Origin: a virus
IMG/VR virus record: IMGVR_UViG_3300030104_006883
Location: 96,001-160,000 of that record
Reading direction: 5' to 3' (one strand)
Length of the DNA: 64,000 nucleotides
Within the stretch, counting starts at the first letter, position 1. The number at the start of each line of letters is the position of its first letter. Positions 10,059-20,250 of this stretch are shown here, one piece after another. Position numbers and translations under genes: made by a program. Below the pieces are notes generated by a model. It worked only from the letters and a program-made list of their open reading frames with translations. It was not told where the DNA came from and did no database searches.

Positions 10059-13000
10059 ATGAGGTTCGCTCATTTTGGGGATACCCACATTAGAAATCTG
10101 AAATACCACAAAGAGTATCGAGTGGTATTTGAGCAGATGTATAAGAAGCTTCGAAGGTTGAAGCCTGACGCAATTATTCATTGCGGCGACATCGCCCACA
10201 CAAAGACACAGATCTCTCCCGAGTTTGTACAGATGTGCTCGGACTTTTTTAAAAATCTTGCGGATATCGCACCGACCTATATTATATTAGGCAATCATGA
10301 CGGCAACCTCAAGAATAGTAGTAGGTTGGACTCTATTAGTCCGATTGTGGAGTCTCTTAATCATCCTAGCTTGCACTTGCTTAGAGAGGCACAAGAAGTA
10401 GTTCTTGATAAAAACTTTGCTTTAAATGCTCTTTCTATTTTCGATGAGGACAATTGGGTAGAGCCTAGTGATCTAGACAGAGTAAATATCGCTCTTTATC
10501 ACGGCTGTATTAAAGGGGCAATGACTGATATCAATTTTCTATTGGATCACGGAGATCATCCAATAGATATCTTTCAAGGATTTGATTTTGCTTTTCTTGG
10601 TGACATACATAGAACTAATCAAATCCTAGACAGCGAGGGCAGAGTTAGGTACTGCGGCAGCACAGTGCAGCAGAATTTTGCAGAATCAGACGACAAGGGG
10701 TTTTTGATTTGGGACATCGACAATAAGCAAGACTTTAAAGTTAAACATTACGCTTTTAACAATCCAAAGCCATTTGTTACAATTGAGTTAGACAGCAAGG
10801 GCAAGATTGCCAGCGATTTAGAAATCCCAGCAGACGCTAGAGTCAGGCTCATTGCCAGTTATAGCTTAACACTAGAGCAGATGCGCCGTGCGATTGATGT
10901 TTGTAAAACTAGGTTTAAGCCTGAGTCTGTTACTTTTGTTAACAAGGGAGACGTAGAGCCCTCTGCGGAAGAAGTGACCGACTGTATTGTTCATGAAGAT
11001 CTAAGAGATATCTCTGTTCAAGAAGAAATTATCGAAGAGTTTTTAAAAGACTATCAAACTGAGCCGGAGACATTAAAAGAGGTTTTCTCTCTAAACAAGA
11101 GATATAATGTAGCTGCGGAGCAGTCCGAAGAAGTTGCCAGAAATGTTAAGTGGAAGTTGAAAAAATTCAAATGGGACAATCTGTTTAATTACGGGACAAA
11201 GAACGAGATAAACTTCACCAGGCTTAGAGGACTTGTGGGAATATTCGGCAAAAACTATTCGGGCAAATCAAGCATTGTTGATGGGTTACTCTATACGGTA
11301 TTCAACACTACTTCTAAAAATAATAGAAAAAATCTTAATGTTATAAACCAAAATGAAGACTCTTGCTATGGCAGAGTAGAGATAGACATTGGCAAAGATA
11401 CCTATACGATTATAAGAGAATCGGAGAAGTATAGAAAGAAGCTTCGTGGCAAAGAGACTGTCGAGGCGAAAACCGATGTGTCTTTTAGTAAAAAGAACAA
11501 GACAACTCGTGAAGTGACTGAGATGAATGGGATTGATAGGAATGAAACAGATAAGAATATTCGTCGTGCATTTGGCGATATAGACGAGTTCTTGTTAACT
11601 TCGCTGGCATCCCAACTGGGATCTTTGTCTTTCATAGGGGAAGGTTCTACGAAGAGGAAAGAAATTTTGGCTAAGTTCTTAGACCTTGATATTTTCGACC
11701 AGAAGTTTAAGCTGGCGAAAGAGGACTCTTCTGATATAAAGGGCGCTCTAAACAAACTGAAAGATCACGATTTTATTGCAGAAATATCCGAGGCAACAAC
11801 TAACTTAGCTTACAGTGAAGTAGAATTAGATAGGAAAAAACAACAAGTAGAAGATTTAAAGACCCATATCGCTGCTTTAAGCGAGTCTCTAAAGGAGATA
11901 AATGATAAGCTGGACACTTCTCAACAAGAAGTTCTTAATATAGACGATATAACCAACGAACTACAGACGGTAGAATCTAGAATAGATTCCGTGAAGAAGG
12001 ATAATGTTGGTCTAGAGGAATCTATCGATAAAGACAAAGAGATACTCTTGAAAATAGAAGAGCATCTACAGGAGATTGATATTGATTCATATGAAGAGAG
12101 GCTAGAAGAAATAGACGCTAAGACTAGGGAACTCTCTTCTCTTGAAAAAGAAATAGAACTGCTGGAACAAAAGGAGACAACTGAGTCCAACAAAATCAAG
12201 CTGTTGTCGGAAGTACCATGTGGATCCGAGTTTGCCAGTTGCAAGTTTATTAAAGACGCGTATGGCGCAAAAGAAAAGCTTGAGACAATACAGGTTCAAA
12301 TGAATGATCTTTCTATTTCCAAGAAAGGCATAAGTCAGGAAGTGGACAGTTTAGATCCGGATGTGGTCAAATCATATTTGAAGAAATATAATGATTTGAT
12401 TAAGAAGAGGAGAGAGGTGACTGAACGGTCTAGCGACAATAAGGTTTTGCTAGAAAAAAATAAATCTTCTCTTCTAAATGCGATGAGGTCTCACAATGAT
12501 CTTCAAGAAAAGAAAAAGAGATATGAAGACAACGAAGATTCAATAAAGCAGCTTGAATTGATTATTGAAGCAAAAAATAAGCTAGTATCCAACATTGAAC
12601 TAAGCGACGAAGACCTGTCGTCCGCGCAGGAAGAGCTATTGTTGCTGTTTAAAAATCATGGATCTCTAGAGCAGAAGGTGAAAAATCTAGAGGAAAGGCA
12701 GCAAGAGCTTGAGGAGCTACAAAAAGAATACACCTCTTATGAGTTGTATTTGAAGTGCATGCACAGTAATGGAATATCTTATGATATAATCAAAAAAAGA
12801 TTGCCAATTATTAATGAAGAGGTTTCAAAAATTTTAGCAAATATTGTTAACTTTGAAGTGTTCTTTGAAGAGGATGGAAGAAAATTAGATATCATGATAA
12901 AACATCCAAAGTTTGAACCGCGACCCATCGAGATGGGTTCGGGAGCAGAGAAGACCATAGCCTCTATGGCAATAAGGTTAGCCCTGATAAAAATTAGCAC

Positions 13001-13211
13001 TTTACCTGTTGGCGATGTATTTATTCTCGATGAGCCCGCAACGTCGCTCGATGAAGAACATATGGAAGGATTTGTTAGATTGCTAGAGATGGTTAAGACT
13101 GAATTTAAAACAGTTCTACTTATTTCTCATCTTGATACTTTAAAAGATGTCGTAGACAAACAGATAATTATTGAAAAGGATTATGATGGGTATGCTCATG
13201 CAAGCTTTTAG
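10059..13211 (+). CDS. Mre11/SbcD nuclease - Rad50/SbcC ATPase fusion (gp47-gp46-like)
   Basis: Phosphoesterase motifs GDTH, CGDIAH, GNHD, YHG, GDIH, YCGS. Then Walker A GKNYSGKSS, a long coiled coil, signature MGSGAE, Walker B FILDEP, D-loop SLD and H-loop LISH, all in one ORF. Confidence 0.92.
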   Translation: MRFAHFGDTHIRNLKYHKEYRVVFEQMYKKLRRLKPDAIIHCGDIAHTKTQISPEFVQMCSDFFKNLADIAPTYIILGNHDGNLKNSSRLDSISPIVESLNHPSLHLLREAQEVVLDKNFALNALSIFDEDNWVEPSDLDRVNIALYHGCIKGAMTDINFLLDHGDHPIDIFQGFDFAFLGDIHRTNQILDSEGRVRYCGSTVQQNFAESDDKGFLIWDIDNKQDFKVKHYAFNNPKPFVTIELDSKGKIASDLEIPADARVRLIASYSLTLEQMRRAIDVCKTRFKPESVTFVNKGDVEPSAEEVTDCIVHEDLRDISVQEEIIEEFLKDYQTEPETLKEVFSLNKRYNVAAEQSEEVARNVKWKLKKFKWDNLFNYGTKNEINFTRLRGLVGIFGKNYSGKSSIVDGLLYTVFNTTSKNNRKNLNVINQNEDSCYGRVEIDIGKDTYTIIRESEKYRKKLRGKETVEAKTDVSFSKKNKTTREVTEMNGIDRNETDKNIRRAFGDIDEFLLTSLASQLGSLSFIGEGSTKRKEILAKFLDLDIFDQKFKLAKEDSSDIKGALNKLKDHDFIAEISEATTNLAYSEVELDRKKQQVEDLKTHIAALSESLKEINDKLDTSQQEVLNIDDITNELQTVESRIDSVKKDNVGLEESIDKDKEILLKIEEHLQEIDIDSYEERLEEIDAKTRELSSLEKEIELLEQKETTESNKIKLLSEVPCGSEFASCKFIKDAYGAKEKLETIQVQMNDLSISKKGISQEVDSLDPDVVKSYLKKYNDLIKKRREVTERSSDNKVLLEKNKSSLLNAMRSHNDLQEKKKRYEDNEDSIKQLELIIEAKNKLVSNIELSDEDLSSAQEELLLLFKNHGSLEQKVKNLEERQQELEELQKEYTSYELYLKCMHSNGISYDIIKKRLPIINEEVSKILANIVNFEVFFEEDGRKLDIMIKHPKFEPRPIEMGSGAEKTIASMAIRLALIKISTLPVGDVFILDEPATSLDEEHMEGFVRLLEMVKTEFKTVLLISHLDTLKDVVDKQIIIEKDYDGYAHASF

Positions 13212-13220
13212 GAGAAATGA

Positions 13221-13871
13221 ATGAAGTTTTTTATTGCCGTGTGGCAACAAATAAAAAAAAGACTAGCTAAGATATTTTATAAACCTATTTTTTATCATTG
13301 GCTGGCTTGGAATAAATTAAGTCACCTAGTACACTACTCGAAGTATAAGAACGTAGAATTACAGAGAGATCAGCCGCTAACCAAGGTGCAAAGTGTGTTA
13401 GAGATGCTGGAGTGGAAGGTGGATGCTTGGAGAGACTTGTTTGATATTCACGGTACTCCAAACTATGTACAGCACATCATAAATGAGAGCCGTGACAACA
13501 TCTATAAGCACGGGCCAAGAATTAAAATTAAAAGTGGCCAAGTTGACCTGCCGCTGGGTCCTGATGAGTTTTCCATATGGGCGTGCAATGTTTTGGATAA
13601 AAACTACTACCCTCGTTTGTTTGTGTTTACTTGGATGGGCGGAGACGGAGAACTCGTTAGCCGCGTGATTTGTCTATGCAGGATGTCAGACGGAAGAATG
13701 TTCCATATAGGCAACTGGGGGACATCGAGACCGTTTGTTGATCTACGCCAGTTGACACTGGACATACTTAAGCGGACTGCGGCGAGAGAGGCGATAGGCT
13801 GGGCAATGCTCGATAAAAACTTGAAGATTCTAAAAATTGGAAAAGAGATACCAAGTGGAAGTGTCAACTAA
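13221..13871 (+). CDS. Hypothetical protein, possibly an inactive transglutaminase/papain-like fold
   Basis: GPDEFSIWAC...SRVIC...DG...HIGNWG parallels the DCDDFA...GHA.C pattern but lacks Cys and His at those positions. Confidence 0.35.
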   Translation: MKFFIAVWQQIKKRLAKIFYKPIFYHWLAWNKLSHLVHYSKYKNVELQRDQPLTKVQSVLEMLEWKVDAWRDLFDIHGTPNYVQHIINESRDNIYKHGPRIKIKSGQVDLPLGPDEFSIWACNVLDKNYYPRLFVFTWMGGDGELVSRVICLCRMSDGRMFHIGNWGTSRPFVDLRQLTLDILKRTAAREAIGWAMLDKNLKILKIGKEIPSGSVN

Positions 13872-13893
13872 TTAAGGAAGGAGGCTTACAATT

Positions 13894-14091
13894 ATGAGTG
13901 AACAGACAAAAGAAATATTAGATAGAATGATAGCAAAGGTGACTAGTAGGAAGCTATTGGTTTGGTTAACTGCGACAGGTCTTGCCTTGACAGGCAATGT
14001 AACATCGGAAGATTGGGTTGCTGTCGCACTTGTTTACATTGGCTCGGAGGCGCTAGTAGACATAGCATCGACTTGGAGGCACGGCAAGTGA
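13894..14091 (+). CDS. Small membrane protein, holin-like
   Basis: 65 aa; SRKLLVWL followed by two short hydrophobic segments; GGAGG SD; CTAATTA at 13868. Confidence 0.5.
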   Translation: MSEQTKEILDRMIAKVTSRKLLVWLTATGLALTGNVTSEDWVAVALVYIGSEALVDIASTWRHGK

Positions 14092-14492
14092 CGTGGTTTG
14101 TGGCCAAGCATGCTTTGAAAAAAGCATGGCTTTGGACTAAATCATATTGGTATATCCCTGCTGTTTTAGCGTATACGCTAGTGCTGTTATTTGTTTTTAG
14201 AAGAGACAGTCAAGAGGCGGGCGAGCTTCTTGGTACGACTATAGACAGCTATGAAAAACAGCTAGCAGTTTTAAATAAAACCCATCAAGACGAAATCGAC
14301 AAAAGAGACGCTGCGCTACAGAAGTATCAACAGGTGTTGAGCGATCTAGAGAATAAGTATGCAGAAGAAGAGAAGAAGTTGTCTGAGTCTAAAAAAAGAA
14401 CTTTGAAGAGAATAGTTGAAAAGTATCATGATGATACGGAAGGGCTAGCTAAAGAGATAAGTAAAAAATTTGGAGCTACTTATGTACCATAA
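14088..14492 (+). CDS. N-terminally anchored coiled-coil protein, i-spanin-like
   Basis: The likely start is GTG 14088, overlapping the upstream TGA, with GGAGG SD. One TM helix (WYIPAVLAYTLVLLFVF) is followed by a coiled coil. Confidence 0.45.
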   Translation: MTWFVAKHALKKAWLWTKSYWYIPAVLAYTLVLLFVFRRDSQEAGELLGTTIDSYEKQLAVLNKTHQDEIDKRDAALQKYQQVLSDLENKYAEEEKKLSESKKRTLKRIVEKYHDDTEGLAKEISKKFGATYVP

Positions 14493-14946
14493 TTTTAAAA
14501 CAAAAATAATTTCACTATTTATGAGCGCTCTTCTTTTGCTAACACCCTCTGGAGTGTTAGCTACTGAGACGGGGAAGGTCGCTAGCCTTAAAGAGGGACA
14601 GCCTGCGCCTTATAGCGGAGTACTGTTCGATGAAACATTCGCGGCGAGACTAATCGCAGAAGAGGAGCACAAACAAATTGAATGTAATCTCAAAATTAAA
14701 TTCGAGCTTGAAAAGATGGAAGCAAAACATGCTTTGGAAATGGGAAATGTTAAAGCTACGCTTGACTCGCTTAGGTCGCAACATAGTGCGCTTATTAACA
14801 TTAAAGAAGATGAGATAAAGAGGCTACACACTCTTGCTTTAAAAAATCCAAACGATAACGCAAATTGGTGGTTTGGTGGAGGAGTTGCTGTTGGTATTAT
14901 TACTTCTATTATTATTTTTTATGCTGCTGTTGAGGTCCAAAAATGA
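14470..14946 (+). CDS. Signal-peptide, coiled-coil protein with C-terminal TM (spanin-like)
   Basis: Hydrophobic leader ending VLA-T, a coiled coil, then WWFGGGVAVGIITSIIIFYAAV. No lipobox Cys is present. Confidence 0.4.
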   Translation: MELLMYHNFKTKIISLFMSALLLLTPSGVLATETGKVASLKEGQPAPYSGVLFDETFAARLIAEEEHKQIECNLKIKFELEKMEAKHALEMGNVKATLDSLRSQHSALINIKEDEIKRLHTLALKNPNDNANWWFGGGVAVGIITSIIIFYAAVEVQK

Positions 14947-15335
14947 GTGATGACCTGGACTATATTGTGAGGTTAGAAAAGGCCATAAGATTAAAATATG
15001 GTGAACAAGCAATTAAGAATCCAAAGTCTGGTTGGGACACAGAAAAAGAAAAAGAATATTTACAACAACTTAAAGCTTTGGCAATAAAAGAAAATAAAAT
15101 TCAAGAAAATAAAGATAAGGTAGAGGTTGACGGGTTTTTCGTACCTAAAAAACTACTTACTAGAGACGCACAAAGAAATTGTCCGGTTTGTAAAAAATAT
15201 TCATTCAAAATAAAAGACGATGTTTATATGGCTAAGTATGATGCTTGCCATAGTTGTTTTATTGAGTACATAGAAGGAAGAGAAGATAGATGGGAAACAG
15301 GCTGGCGACCCGAAAAAATCCAAGGAGAACAATAG
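14943..15335 (+). CDS. Hypothetical protein with C-terminal zinc finger
   Basis: CPVC...CHSC; ATGA overlap with the upstream gene. Confidence 0.6.
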   Translation: MSDDLDYIVRLEKAIRLKYGEQAIKNPKSGWDTEKEKEYLQQLKALAIKENKIQENKDKVEVDGFFVPKKLLTRDAQRNCPVCKKYSFKIKDDVYMAKYDACHSCFIEYIEGREDRWETGWRPEKIQGEQ

Positions 15336-15866
15336 ATGTCACAGAAATCGTTAGATATAATTAGAGGAGTCGCACAGGCGGCAGCTAATGCCTATGATGG
15401 AGCCTTCGATTCGAATGGAGATCCGATATCTTTAGGTTTAAAAAGAGAAGAGGGGCACCCAGTGCTAAGTTCTAGAGACATGGACGGGTTCAAGGTTAAG
15501 ATGAGTGGGAACCACCTAATGGTTAACTACCAAGCCGAGATCAAGCTCAGGGACGTTCACAATACTAAGTTTGAAGAAGAACTAGAGCAAACTGTTGCTG
15601 ATATTGCTAGCTGGCTAAAGAAAGAATATAAGAAAGTAACAGGCGATACTCTTTCCTTAACGCCGGTAGGAGAAGTTGACGCAATTGTTCAAAGCACTTC
15701 AAAAGTAAGAGTCTTTGTTAACGCTACAAAGAAGTTTAAAGTTGGTGGCCTTGAAGGGGTTGAGGATAAGCTAGAGCCAAGCGAGGAACTAGTGCAGAAA
15801 AATTTTAAGGACTTTTTAAACCAAGGTGGATTAGGCTCAAGAGACGCTAAAAACGTTACAAATTAA
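15336..15866 (+). CDS. Hypothetical protein
   Basis: 176-aa ORF with GGAG SD, abutting the upstream stop. Confidence 0.6.
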   Translation: MSQKSLDIIRGVAQAAANAYDGAFDSNGDPISLGLKREEGHPVLSSRDMDGFKVKMSGNHLMVNYQAEIKLRDVHNTKFEEELEQTVADIASWLKKEYKKVTGDTLSLTPVGEVDAIVQSTSKVRVFVNATKKFKVGGLEGVEDKLEPSEELVQKNFKDFLNQGGLGSRDAKNVTN

Positions 15867-15874
15867 GAGCCAGC

Positions 15875-17449
15875 ATGACACACGAGCTAACGAAGAAACA
15901 AATAGTTGCTGAGATAGTTAAGGCGGGAAAAGATCCCGTATACTTTATCAACAATTATGCAAAGATATCCCACCCTATGAAGGGTCTCATCCCCTTCAAG
16001 GTTTTTGATTATCAGGAAGATCTCCTTAGAGACTTCAATGATTATAGGTTTAACGTAATCCTAAAGGCTAGACAGCTAGGCATTTCGACGATTACAGCGG
16101 CCTATATTGTATGGTTAATGATGTTTCACAAAGACAAGAATATTCTTGTCATTGCAACTAAGTTTGGCACGGCAGCTAACTTAGTTAAGAAAGTTAAACA
16201 CATGATTAAAAACCTTCCGCCATGGATAATGATTACTGATATTGCGGTTGATAATAGAACCTCCTTTGAATTGTCTAATGGTTCACAAATCAAGGCTTCA
16301 TCTACAAGTAGCGATGCTGGCCGATCGGAGGCATTGTCTCTTTTGGTAATAGACGAGGCTGCACATGTTGAAGGGCTGGAAGAACTTTGGACTGGTTTAT
16401 ACCCTACTCTTTCAACCGGCGGTCGATGTATAGCATTATCGACACCAAACGGAGTTGGGAATTGGTTTCACCAGACTTTTATCGAGGCGGAAGAAAAGAA
16501 AAATAAATTCCATTCCGTAACACTACCCTGGGATGTGCATCCTGATAGAAATGACAATTGGTTTCATGAAGAAACTAAAAATATGTCCCCACGACAGATC
16601 GCTCAAGAGTTAATGTGTAACTTTAACATGTCGGGAGAAACAGTTTTTGATGCACAAGACATGGCCTTAATACATGACAGAGTTTGTGAGCCAAAATATA
16701 GAACAGGCTTCGACAGAAATATCTGGATATGGGAAGAGTTCGATGAATCCCAGCAATACTTGATATCGGCAGACGTGGCTCGTGGAGATGGAAGAGATCA
16801 CTCTGCCTTCCACATTTTTAAAATTGAAACGATGGAAATTGTTGCAGAGTATCGGGGCAAGCCTACCCCTGACATCTTTGCCAATGTTCTTTTTAATGTT
16901 GGCAAAGAATATGGAAATTGTCTGCTGGCAGTAGAAAATAACTCTGTTGGGTGGACTGTGATAACTAAGCTACAAGAAATGGCCTATCCTAATCTTTATT
17001 ACGCAAGAAAGTCTAGCCATGAGTTTGTTGACGCCACTGTTGCGGAGTCTTCTAGAAACACGATCGGCGGCTTTACGATGTCCAGAACTACTAGGCCGCT
17101 TGTTATTGCTAAGTTTGAGGAATTCATAAGGAATAAACTAATTAAAATAAACTCTAATAGGTTGTATAATGAAATGAAGACGTTTGTGTGGCAAAACGGA
17201 AGAGCCCAAGCTATGAAAGGATTCAATGATGATTTAATAATGGCTTGTGCGATTGGATGTTGGATAAGAGACTCTGTTTTTGTTACAAATGTTAGAGAGG
17301 GTGAATACCAAAAAGCATTTTTAAGTGCGATGACTAGAGCAGATACTAAAATGAATACGACAATTCCTGGCATGATTGGACATAAACCTATCAAAGAAGA
17401 CACTGCTAAGGAAGAGTATCAAAAATTTGGCTGGATCTTGAAGGGATAA
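15875..17449 (+). CDS. terL: Terminase large subunit (T4 gp17-like)
   Basis: Walker A KARQLGIST, Walker B LLVIDEAAH, STPNG coupling motif, RNase H-like ADVARGDGRD and DDLIMA. Confidence 0.95.
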   Translation: MTHELTKKQIVAEIVKAGKDPVYFINNYAKISHPMKGLIPFKVFDYQEDLLRDFNDYRFNVILKARQLGISTITAAYIVWLMMFHKDKNILVIATKFGTAANLVKKVKHMIKNLPPWIMITDIAVDNRTSFELSNGSQIKASSTSSDAGRSEALSLLVIDEAAHVEGLEELWTGLYPTLSTGGRCIALSTPNGVGNWFHQTFIEAEEKKNKFHSVTLPWDVHPDRNDNWFHEETKNMSPRQIAQELMCNFNMSGETVFDAQDMALIHDRVCEPKYRTGFDRNIWIWEEFDESQQYLISADVARGDGRDHSAFHIFKIETMEIVAEYRGKPTPDIFANVLFNVGKEYGNCLLAVENNSVGWTVITKLQEMAYPNLYYARKSSHEFVDATVAESSRNTIGGFTMSRTTRPLVIAKFEEFIRNKLIKINSNRLYNEMKTFVWQNGRAQAMKGFNDDLIMACAIGCWIRDSVFVTNVREGEYQKAFLSAMTRADTKMNTTIPGMIGHKPIKEDTAKEEYQKFGWILKG

Positions 17450-17452
17450 GAC

Positions 17453-19420
17453 ATGGTTACGAAAAACACAAAAAATAATAATCCGAGAAACGCAGCCAGT
17501 GAGTTATTTAAAAGACTCACAAGGCTTTTGTCTGGTCCTGTTGTGGATAGGAGAAGACAAGCGCCAAGAAGAAATAAAAGAAGACAGCTAGATAAGTACA
17601 AGTTCACCTCAGCCTCTGGGCAGCAGTTTAAGAAGGCTAGTGTTAATCCGTATGAATCCCTCCAGTTAGACTTTATGGCCACCCAAAGTAGGCTGGATAG
17701 ATATGTGGACTTTGATCAAATGGAATATACACCGGAGATCGCGTCAGCTTTAGATATATATGCTGATGAGATGACAACATCTAATACGTTCCATCCGATG
17801 CTTAGAATCAAAACCCATAATGAAGAGATTAAAGGGATCTTAAGCACGCTATATAATGATGTGTTAAACATAGAGTTTAGTCTGTTCGGATGGTGTAGAA
17901 CCATGTGTAAGTACGGCGACTTCTTCCTCTATCTGGATCTTGACGAGAAGGTTGGGATTAAGAATACCATAGCGCTGCCGGTTGGTGAGATAGAAAGGCT
18001 AGAAGGGGAAGACAAAACCAACCCAAATTATGTACAGTTTCAGTGGAACTCTGGGGGCATGACTTTTGAGAATTGGCAAATTTGTCATTTTAGAATTTTA
18101 GGTAATGATAAGTTTACTCCGTATGGGACTAGCGTTCTTGATCCTGCGAGAAGAATCTGGCGGCAATTAATTTTGTTAGAAGATGCCATGATGGCTTACA
18201 GGATTGTTAGATCTCCCGAAAGAAGAGTTTTTTATATCGACGTTGGTAGCATCGCACCGCAGGATATTGAGCAGTACATGCAAAAAGTAATGACTCAAAT
18301 GAAGAGAAACCAGCTTGTAGATTCTAACACTGGTCGAGTTGACCTTAGATATAATCCACTTAGCACCGAAGAAGATTACTTTATTCCGGTAAGAGGTGAT
18401 ACTTCTTCCAAAATTGAGACGTTGCCTGGTGGCACCTACACTGGCGACATAGACGACGTAAAGTACCTGAGAGATAAACTTTTCTCTGCTTTAAAAATTC
18501 CCGCGTCTTATTTGTCAAATTCAGACGAGGGGTCCGGGGAAGACAAAACAACTCTAGCTCAAAAGGATATTCGCTTTGCTAGAACTATCCAAAGACTTCA
18601 GAGGTCTGTGATATCTGAACTAGAAAAACTAGGTATTATTCATCTGTATACGCTTGGCTATAGAGGGTCGGATTTAATATCTTTTGAATTACAGCTAAAC
18701 AACCCCTCTAAGATCGCAGAACTACAAGAGCTTGAGCAGTGGAGAACAAAGTTCGATGTAGCTAACGGAGCAACGGATGGGTATTTTAGCAAGAGGTGGA
18801 TATCCGAACATCTGTTTGGACTGGCAGAAGAAGAGCTTACTAGAATGCAAAGAGAAATGTTCTTTGATAAGAAATTTGAAGCTGCTCTTGAAGTTGCCTC
18901 ACAAGAGGTGGCTGAGCAGGGCGGCGGACTAGAGGGTCTGGGCGACGCCGGGGGAGACCTGGGCGGAGCGTTCGGCGGAGCAGGAGACGCCATGGAGGAT
19001 ATTCTTGGAGGCGAGGAAGGAATAGAAGACGAGGTAGATGCTCCGGCTGAAGAAGCAGACCAAGGGGCACTACTCGCTGAGCCGCCCGCCGAAGAAGCTC
19101 CTGCCAAAAGAGATGATGATGAAAAGATTTCTTCCAAAGGCAAAGTATATATCAAGAGGGGCCACAAGGGCAGCGGAGAAGTTAATCAGAGAAGCATGGC
19201 CGGTAGATCTAACACATGGAAATCGTCCGGAGGAAGCCGACTAGCTAGTTCTTCTAAGTCCAACCTATTTAAAGGACATGGAGACTTGTTGGGATTGGGG
19301 AGACTTTCTGAAGGTTTAGAAGCTACTTATATTAAAGAAGAGAATAAAATATTTGAAACTACTGAAGATATAAAGCAACTTTTAGAAGGACTTTCATCTA
19401 AGAAGGAATCGGAAGTATAA
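17453..19420 (+). CDS. gp20: Portal protein (T4 gp20-like) with acidic Gly-rich C-terminal extension
   Basis: LEDAMMAYRIVRSPERRVFYIDVG, EDYFIPVRG, ETLPGG, DDVKYLRDKLFSALKIP, DIRFARTIQRLQ. Confidence 0.95.
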   Translation: MVTKNTKNNNPRNAASELFKRLTRLLSGPVVDRRRQAPRRNKRRQLDKYKFTSASGQQFKKASVNPYESLQLDFMATQSRLDRYVDFDQMEYTPEIASALDIYADEMTTSNTFHPMLRIKTHNEEIKGILSTLYNDVLNIEFSLFGWCRTMCKYGDFFLYLDLDEKVGIKNTIALPVGEIERLEGEDKTNPNYVQFQWNSGGMTFENWQICHFRILGNDKFTPYGTSVLDPARRIWRQLILLEDAMMAYRIVRSPERRVFYIDVGSIAPQDIEQYMQKVMTQMKRNQLVDSNTGRVDLRYNPLSTEEDYFIPVRGDTSSKIETLPGGTYTGDIDDVKYLRDKLFSALKIPASYLSNSDEGSGEDKTTLAQKDIRFARTIQRLQRSVISELEKLGIIHLYTLGYRGSDLISFELQLNNPSKIAELQELEQWRTKFDVANGATDGYFSKRWISEHLFGLAEEELTRMQREMFFDKKFEAALEVASQEVAEQGGGLEGLGDAGGDLGGAFGGAGDAMEDILGGEEGIEDEVDAPAEEADQGALLAEPPAEEAPAKRDDDEKISSKGKVYIKRGHKGSGEVNQRSMAGRSNTWKSSGGSRLASSSKSNLFKGHGDLLGLGRLSEGLEATYIKEENKIFETTEDIKQLLEGLSSKKESEV

Positions 19421-20250
19421 TGAAATTGAGACATAATAAAAAAAGAAATACCGCATTTATTTTCGAAGCTCTTGTCAAAGAGATGACCAAGAGCGTTATG
19501 AAGAAGAACAGCGACAAGAAGAGAAAGATTGCTGGTATTATAAAAGAACATTTTCGAAGCGGGTCTATTTTAGGTCAAGAGCTAAGACTGTACCAGTCCG
19601 TGATCGAAGAAGGATCTTTTGATTCAATTAATACTGCCGAGAGAGTATTGCAGGAAACGAAAAGACAATACAGCTTTTTAGACAAAGAGCAGATCTTTAA
19701 TGAACAAAGTAAGGTTATAAACAAGATTAACAAAATATTATCAAAGGATGTTTTTACCAATTTTGTTCCAAATTATAAGAGCTTAGCCTCAGCATATCAA
19801 ATATTTAATCAAGAAATGCCCCCAAAAAACAGGGTTTTGTTAGAGAACAAGTTGCTAGAGGGAATTGTTAGCACCACTAAGGCTGTTGCTGATAAGTTTC
19901 CTTCCGATACATTAGTTCTTAAGAATTTTATAAAGAAGTTTAACTCGGAGTATTCCGAAAAATTATTTGAAGAGCAAAAGAATTTATTAAACAATTACAT
20001 CACTTCTTTTGTCGACAATGGTATAGATTTTAAAATATTTCTAAATGAGGAACTCGGAAGGTTAAAGCAGGAGATAAGAAACGCTAGAGATCTCGAAGAA
20101 ATCGAGACAAGCCCGGAGATGCTGGATAAGACAGAAAAGGTGCTTGAATTTGTTGAGTCCTTTAGAGAAAAGAAAATAGACGATAAGTCTATAGAAAAGA
20201 TACTAAAAATACAAAAATTAGTTAGAGAGCTACAAACAGATGGCAATTAA
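19420..20250 (+). CDS. Conserved head-module hypothetical protein
   Basis: Coupled to the portal stop (TAATG); helical and Lys/Glu-rich. Confidence 0.65.
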   Translation: MKLRHNKKRNTAFIFEALVKEMTKSVMKKNSDKKRKIAGIIKEHFRSGSILGQELRLYQSVIEEGSFDSINTAERVLQETKRQYSFLDKEQIFNEQSKVINKINKILSKDVFTNFVPNYKSLASAYQIFNQEMPPKNRVLLENKLLEGIVSTTKAVADKFPSDTLVLKNFIKKFNSEYSEKLFEEQKNLLNNYITSFVDNGIDFKIFLNEELGRLKQEIRNARDLEEIETSPEMLDKTEKVLEFVESFREKKIDDKSIEKILKIQKLVRELQTDGN

